DNA from: Amphiscolops sp. MND2022 | Taxonomy: Eukaryota | Length of the DNA stretch: 64,000 nt | Direction: 5' to 3' | Assembly (NCBI GenBank): GCA_964187785.1 | Contig: OZ076409.1 | Location: 13,580,001-13,644,000 of the forward strand | In this document: piece by piece, positions 57,136 through 64,000 of the stretch | Layout of the letters: every line of letters begins with the position of its first letter | How positions within the stretch are numbered: position 1 is the first letter of the stretch | The notes under the pieces: generated by a model | Seen by the model: the letters and a program-made list of their open reading frames with translations, nothing else | The model's database searches: none | Told to the model about the DNA's origin: nothing | Position numbers and translations under genes: made by a program

Positions 57136-57186
57136 GTCGATCGTGTCTATTTGTACTTCCACAAAGCAGTAGAAGTCTGAATGAGC

Positions 57187-57320
57187 TCTAGGACATTACG
57201 GTGAAGGACAATACGCCCAATAAGTTCAAATTTTGTTGTAAGTATAATTATTGGGCTCAATGTCAGCTTTGGGCGTAATGTCCTTGGCGTAATGTCTTTC
57301 GGTGTAATGTCTAGATACCG
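57187..57320. repeat. Small MITE-like element with repetitive inverted termini
   Basis: Left GACATTACG/GACAATACGCC versus right tandem GGCGTAATGTC/GGTGTAATGTCTAGA. Confidence 0.5.
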
Positions 57321-57484
57321 TCTAAATGATACAGTGTGGTTTGGATTGAAACATCTGATGCATAGCTGTTAGGTCTTTACATGAATCAAGTTACGTATGA
57401 AAAAATCCTGGAAAAACATCTTATAAAGTATAATTTTTCTTTCAATTCAGTTCATGTTCAATCTACAGTTTTTATGACGTAGAA

Positions 57485-58817
57485 GTGCATGACGTCATAG
57501 TTGTTACAGGAGAAGGAGAAGTTTTCACGAAAGTTCCGAAAAACGAGCAGTTCAAGGAATCGATTCTGAGACTCCAAGATGCAACAGCGCCTCAAACGGG
57601 TCTCGCAACTGAGAACTTGATCATGCGATTCATGTGGGTTCTAGCTTACATTGGACTGTTCTTAGTTTTCTGCTTCCAAACGAACCAACTGCGCGCTAAG
57701 TACTTCGACTATCCAACCAAAATAGAAATACAGATCATCACCAAAAGCAATTTGCCTTTTCCGGCTGTCACGGTTTGCAATAACAACCCAGTTCGCAAGT
57801 CTCTGCTAGGTCGAATCCGAGATCAAGAGGACTTGATTCTTCTAGATGATTACGTAATGAAATCTGTTCGTAAGCTAGCCGAGTCTTCGTTCTCGGAAAC
57901 CGACTTTGGAGAAAAAACGTGCAGCGGCTCTGACTTTTTGTGCTCAGATGGCGAGCACTGTATACCATCGCCATGGATTTGCAATGGCATCGACAACTGC
58001 AAAGACAGAAGTGATGAAATGCTGGAAAATTGCGCGGAACTCAAAAGAGAGCGGAAACTTGCAAACGAAGCTGCTAAGAACTCTTCGCAAGGAATTTGCC
58101 AGGATGGCTATATTCAGTGCCCAGGTTTGAACTTCTGCGCCGTTCCGTGTGACAACAATCATGAGTGTAGTTCTTGGAACGCCTATGATGAATCTGTTCA
58201 GGCCGGTTGCAACGTGACGTCATGTGAGACAAATTTAACAGCTTCGTCCACCGAACAACTTTTCACGTCTCCGGGTTTTGACTCATCATATCCGAAAGAC
58301 TTGAACTGCACGTGGAAAATTACAGCTCCAGATGATCAAATTGTACAAGTGACTTTCAAAGAAGTTTCAATCGAAGGTGAAATGGGAGACTGTAGTTATG
58401 ATTTTTTGCAACTCAGAAACGGACCCGGACCAGAAATTGTAAGTGGCGTCATAAAAGTGGACGAAAAGACTCGGGTTTGTGGCATACACGTTCCGAAACA
58501 AAGTACTTATAACTCAACAGGGACCATCATGACAGTCAATTTTAGATCCGATGATTCTAGGAGCTTGAAAGGGTTCCAAATAGCATACAAAGCGGTCACC
58601 GGGTCATCGCGATCAAGACGTCAAACTGATGTTACTTTCGACGACGTTGTTTCATTCGAGCGGTTGTCTTCAATCAGTGAAAGGAGTGAGAAAGAAGTCA
58701 AAGAAATAATGGGACGGAGAAAGCGCAGTACTGATGAAGACTACGATAGTTCGAAAAACGAAAGCACCGGAGATTATGAGGGCAGTTCCTCCGGGGATTA
58801 TGCAGAAACCGATGGTG
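57485..58817 (+). CDS. DEG/ENaC (amiloride-sensitive) channel subunit, exon with TM1, LDLa x2 and CUB; true 5' end uncertain
   Basis: TM1 FMWVLAYIGLFLVFCFQ; YPT and FPAVTVCNNNP motifs; LDLa CIPSPWICNGIDNCKDRSDE; CUB FTSPGFDSSYPKDLNCTWKI...CSYDFL...FRSD; phase-1 donor G|GTAAGT at 58817/58818. Confidence 0.9.
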
Positions 58818-58949
58818 GTAAGTCTATGATATGATTAAAAGCATCCAAGTAAGGAGAGTTTTCAAAATGTAGTAAGTCAAAAGACATGTAAATCTTGATC
58901 AAAAAGACTTGTGTTCTTTTTTGAATTTATTCATCTACTACTAAAAACA

Positions 58950-59378
58950 ACAAGCCGGGACCGGCCCAAGTCGGCGCCATAATGAAAAAAAAATTTGAAA
59001 AAAAGTCTCACAATGCCGTAAAAACTGAAGGGGGGCCCTTTGGGATTTTTCAAGATCCATTTTGTCACAAAAATCCAAAAAAATTGAAGGGGAACCCTTT
59101 GAGAAAAAAAATTCCCGAAAAAAGTCTCGCAATGCCGGAAAAAACTGAAAGGGGGGACCCTTTGGTTTCCTCCGGTATTGTATGTTACGCGGGAAACCAT
59201 TTTGGTTCAGTTCCTTGGGCCAACAGGTACAATTTGGCGTCTTTTTAAAATTTTGTAGAACTTTTGGGGTAGAACTATTTTAATCACTTCAGGTGTATCG
59301 AAAGCGCCGACTAAAAAAACTGACGAAAAGTCATGACTATAGTCGACTCTTTTCTCTAGAAAAGCGCCGACTGAAAAA
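58950..59378 (-). mobile_element. HINE/DINE-1-like copy inside the DEG/ENaC intron
   Basis: ACAAGCCGGGACCGGCCCAAGTCGGCGCC ... AAAAGCGCCGACTGAAAAA. Confidence 0.8.
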
Positions 59379-59574
59379 CGAAAAATGAAATAAAGATCGA
59401 CCGAAGATCCAAGCAGTTATCTCCAAAAAACTGCATTTTTTGAGATTCCTCCCTAAATTCTTCGATTCCTTGATAATCAATTTACTCCAAAATAGTCTTT
59501 CTAGATGATCCAATAACCGTTGGCGTTCTAAATTTAATGAAGAAACAAAAAATAATAATTGATGTTTTTTCAAG

Positions 59575-60860
59575 GAAACCCTGAAGCTGAAAACTCAGAC
59601 TATTCATCTGACTACGATTCTGATTATGACGATTACGACTATTATGGCGTGGATGGCTACGATTCGGGAGACATGAGACCGTTTAGTGAGTACAACATGC
59701 CTGCAACCAATCAATTTTATGGAATCGACGACTACTATTCTCTGTACAAAGCTGCTAAATTGCCGGACTTTGCTGATTTTAGACTGGCTGTCGTTTTTCA
59801 CAGAAGCTTCATCAAACTAAACGGCCACCAACGGAAAGATTTCATCATTCAATGCACTTTCGACGGTAGAGAATGCTCCGAAAACATGTTCAAGACATAC
59901 CAGGATCCTTACTACGGAAACTGTTTTTCGTTCAACTCGATCAGAGACAGGGATCTTTCGCAACCCGAGTTTATCAAGAAAACTACCAAAACTGGGCAAA
60001 ATTATGGGTTGAAGATCTCCCTTTTCTTAGATGTAGACGAATACATTGGTCTCTTTGCCCCCTACGCGGGCGCTAAAGCTTTGATCCATGACGCATATTC
60101 CAACGGCAGGGTAAGAGCCGAGGGTCTGTCGGTGCCCGCTGGTGAAGCAACGTTTCTGTCCGTGACTCAGAATACGGTGAAAAGAGTTGGGGGTAAATAC
60201 AGCGACTGTGCCCATTCTTGGCCACGGTTCCTCAAACTGAATGCACAGTTCAAAAAACAATGGCCGAACTACTCGAGAGAAATGTGCCTTGAGTTGTGTT
60301 TGCAAAATAACCTGGCCGAAAAATGCGGATGTACTGATGCTTTCGACAAAGATTTCAGCGTCAGTGACAAAATCAACTCGGCTGCACTGGAATATTGCGA
60401 CATGACAAAGAAGAAGGAAAGTCAATGTAAGAAGGACATATACCAAAAGTACATTCAAGGCAACATAACTTGCGTTTGTCCTCAAGCGTGTGATACCACC
60501 AAGTATTCATACGAAGGTTCCAATTCTCCATGGCCAACCGCAGCTTTTTCGCCGTATCTGGCCTCAAAACTGGCCAAATCTTCTTCCAAACGAGTTCAAG
60601 AATACATGAATACGGCTTTCAATGACTCAGACCTCTCGGCTCAGAAGTTGGAAAGCGAGTTCAGGAAGAATTTCGCGCGTCTTGAAGTGTTTTTTGAGGC
60701 ACTCAATTTTCACCAGATTACAGAATCACCGTCCTACACGGGGACTGATTTCCTTAGCGACTTTGGGGGTAACATCGGGCTGTGGCTAGGATGGAGTGTT
60801 TTGGCGCTTTTCGAAGTGGTTCAGTTTTTCTACGAATGTTTCCGAATAATGGTCAACTAA
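59575..60860 (+). CDS. DEG/ENaC channel subunit, last exon (palm/thumb domains, TM2)
   Basis: Acceptor TTTTTTCAAG| is phase-compatible with the 58817 donor; CTFDG, YGNCFSFN, GLKISL, Cys-rich thumb, TM2 FLSDFGGNIGLWLGWSVLALFE; stop at 60860. Confidence 0.92.
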
Positions 60861-61059
60861 AACCTGCAAACTTCAAAACAACTGAACCGTTCAAGCGTTC
60901 ATTCAGCATGTTTCGTGAAAACTTCAGACTCGCTTGACATGTGATGCAATAATGAACTGATAATCGGAGTGGGTCATTTGAATGTGTGACTGTTTCTTAA
61001 TTACTTCATATTTTGAAATATCACTTTCAAACCTCAAATAGCTCAAACATTTATCATAC

Positions 61060-62240
61060 ACAAGGTGTCCCAAACGAAAAAAAACGGAACGCGTAAAAAT
61101 GAACGCTCAATTTCACGATAATTGTCAACAAATTATGCAAAACAGAAACTGGTATTCGGCTGATCAATCATTCACAATGACAACTTTTGTTAGAACCAAA
61201 TTATTTTTTCACATCCAAAATGCTAATGAAATGGCAAATATTTTTGACACAGAAGAGATCCTGAGAACCTTCGAAACATCAGTTTTAACGATATTGATGA
61301 CGTAAAAGATCCATTTCAGCAGATTGACAGTGAAATATTGAGAAATCTTTAATTGGTTGTTGACAAACAATGAATTTTCAAGACCAAAAAAATTCAAAAT
61401 ATGAAAGCCACTTCTTTTACAGTACACGTGAAGGTTTCAGATTTTCTCAACGTAAACATTTGTCAACAAGGTGTCAAAAGTTTTCCGAAATGCGTTTTGC
61501 CGCTTGTCAATCATTCAGAAGAACATCAATTTCAAGTACAGCATCAGAAAAATTGTGATTAATAAATTAAAACAAGAAATCGCCATACAAAATTCATTTT
61601 CTTTTCTAGGTGAACCAAAAAACGGAACGTACAAAAATTTTCGATCTCTCAAAGTTTCAAATATTTGACAACAAAAGTTCCACAACATCTTTGAACGATG
61701 CTGTCAATCATTCAATTTAGCAACTTTACTTCGAAGTGAAGAACTTTCATGCATTGAAAGTGAGAGCAAAACGACTGCTCAAGACTTTTTATGGTTCGTA
61801 CTATCCTTAATTGAAGATGCGATTACGTAATAGGAGCTTCATTCGAAATGACCTACAGAAAAATTGAAAGATTCTCAGTCTCGTTTACAAATAATACGAC
61901 TTTGAACGCACAAGTTTTTGTGCGTTACGTTTTTTTTGGTTCACCTAGTAGCGCAAGCAGTTCAGTTTTTTTAACTGACAGTTCAGATTCCCGTTTGGTT
62001 TCGAGACACATTATGATGATATGTTTACTCATATTTGATCGTGTTGTTTGAGCAAAAAATACAACTTATAGGGTCTTTCGCAGGTCACCTACCAGGGAAC
62101 GCATAAAAATTTTCGGACTCTCAAAGTTTCAAATAATTGTCAACAAGTGTTTCAAAAACAACTCTGAACATTGCAATCCAACTTGTCAGTAATTTAATAG
62201 GACAATTTTTCTTCGAAGCCAAGAAACTTTCACAAGAAGA
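61060..62240 (+). repeat. Degenerate locally repeated units (~4 copies)
   Basis: Recurring AGGT...GGAACG...AAAAAT...CTCAAAGTTTCA...TTGTCAACAA...TGTCAATCATTCA blocks near 61062, 61430, 61608, 62082. Confidence 0.5.
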
Positions 62241-62369
62241 TATGATATGAGTGCAGTGTTTCGAAAACTGAAATTTTATAGCCAATCTGTCAGCCCGGCG
62301 CGCCAATTCGGTCCAACTTTCGTACTTTAAAAGAATACTTGACACTTGCAGGTACTGCAAAAGAATACT

Positions 62370-62442
62370 TAACACTTTGACGTCCTTTTGCTATTTTTGA
62401 GCCTTAGATATGGCACCGACTTATGCCGATCCCGGCTTGTTT
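62370..62442 (+). mobile_element. HINE/DINE-1-like 3' fragment
   Basis: TTTTGCTATTTTTGAGCCTTAGATATGGCACCGACTT...CCCGGCTTGTT. Confidence 0.65.
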
Positions 62443-63197
62443 AATATCATGATATGAATAATAGTCATTTCTCACTTATTTCAAATTTCACTAAAGTTTC
62501 AAGCGAAAAACACATAAGACAATCAAAGTTGACTTGTTCGTAGTTAAAATGTACTTTTTCAAAAACACTGCTGTCTAATAATGAATAATGATATCAAAAA
62601 CTCATGAATCTTTCATATTTGTTTTTACAATTGGTCATTTTATAAACAGTGAATTGAACGAATAATCGATGAAAAAGTTTCTTTGCTTCATCCAGTGTTT
62701 GATCTTTTAAAGAAGGGAGAGAGAATCGTTTTCGACTTCATGTCTGATCCTAAAAATGGGATGGAAGACTAGTTCAAGGCCTAACAAGGGTGAGTTGAGA
62801 GAGTTTCGAACTTGATACCGCCCCAAAACAGGCCAAATGCTCTAACCTCTACCTCTTGTTTATGAGTTCCTAAGGCAACAATTATTCTGAATGTAGAATT
62901 TTTGTTCACTGATTCAAGAGGTTATGTGAATTTTTTGATAAATTTGTTATCACAACAATCAAAAGGGCATTGCACGGCGAATTAGTCTCAAATGTAATAA
63001 GAAACATTTCTCAACAGATGAAAGTGAAATCAGCTAAAGTTCTGCATTTCTTTGGAAAGACTTCAAAAAATCGAGTTTGCCAGAATTAATTTGGACTATG
63101 ATAGCGGCTATGGCGTTCTGTCACATCGAATTCGAATTCACCCCTTTTACATGTGGTCCAAACACTGTCTTTTTCCACATTTTCAGAGTGTTGAAGA

Positions 63198-63552
63198 ACA
63201 AGCCGGGACCGGCCCAAGTCCGCGGCGTATCTAAGGCTCAAAAATAGCAAAAAGACTTCAAAGTGTCACAGTATTCGCTTCTGCAGCACCCGATTTTTTT
63301 TGGAAAAAAATCTCACAATGCCGAAAAAACAAAGTGGGGATCCTTTGGTCTCGTCCGGTATTGTATGCTAGGCGAGAAAACATTTTTGGTTTTTGGTTCA
63401 GTGCCTTGGGCCAACGGGTAAAATTTGGCTTCTTAAAATTTTGTAGAACTTTTCGTAAAACTATTTTGATCACCAAGTGTATCGAAAAAAAACACTGACG
63501 AAAAGCCATGACTATAGTCGATTCTTTTCTTAGGAAAAGCACCGACTAAAAA
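63198..63552 (-). mobile_element. HINE/DINE-1-like copy
   Basis: ACAAGCCGGGACCGGCCCAAGTC ... GGAAAAGCACCGACTAAAAA. Confidence 0.8.
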
Positions 63553-64000
63553 CACCAATTAATCAGACTTGACAAGGTCTTTGTTTTAACGAATGTTTGA
63601 TCATTCGCTTCATTTTACTTGTGTTGAATGTTTTAATGATTCTTATTTCTGATTCATCCGACACCAACTCCCTAATTACGGAAAAAATTGATTATGGAAA
63701 ATTTCCATGGATCCTTTTCTAGGACCGATAAGGATTTTTGAGAACACTTATAAATGGAATAAAATCTAAAACGGAACTCTGGAAACAACGTTGTCTTTTC
63801 AGTGAAAATGTTTTTTTTTCACAAGAATGGGAGAGTTCAAGTGCAGTTAAATATTATCTAAAGCTATATAAATTGTTTTGCGAAATTAGTTGCATATCGT
63901 CACGATACATATGCCGCAAAAGTGGAATTTATCAAGTGTAAAGTGTATTTTCCGTAAATCGAGAACGAACCGTATTCTAGTCAAACAGTGGCAATGTGTT

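Overview
AT-rich, repeat-dense animal genomic DNA (species not determinable from the sequence). Positions 1-38004 hold two head-to-tail, minus-strand giant Ty3/Gypsy LTR retrotransposons of one diverged family. Element A spans <1-18000, with its 3' LTR outside the window. Element B spans 18901-38004 (19.1 kb, 710-bp LTRs with 3 mismatches). Each has a 2-3 kb leader and a single ~3,200-aa Gag-Pol ORF (2 zinc knuckles, pseudo-protease + protease, RT, RNase H, integrase). The Pol C-terminal tail carries AT-hook-like motifs, a Cys cluster and two TARG1/OARD1-like macrodomains. A separate ~1,400-aa ORF in the env position is not Env-like and contains an SGNH/GDSL-esterase-like domain. Both elements share an identical tRNA-Arg-like PBS set exactly 16 nt from the LTR. 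An older decayed Mag-like Gypsy element (39902-47557) is split in its RT by a 2.2-kb composite of Helentron-type (HINE/DINE-1-like) non-autonomous repeats, and further copies of that repeat are scattered downstream. The only host gene is a DEG/ENaC channel subunit (about 57485-60860, two visible exons) with LDLa and CUB domains inserted in its ectodomain. All domain calls are by-eye motif recognition, not database results.
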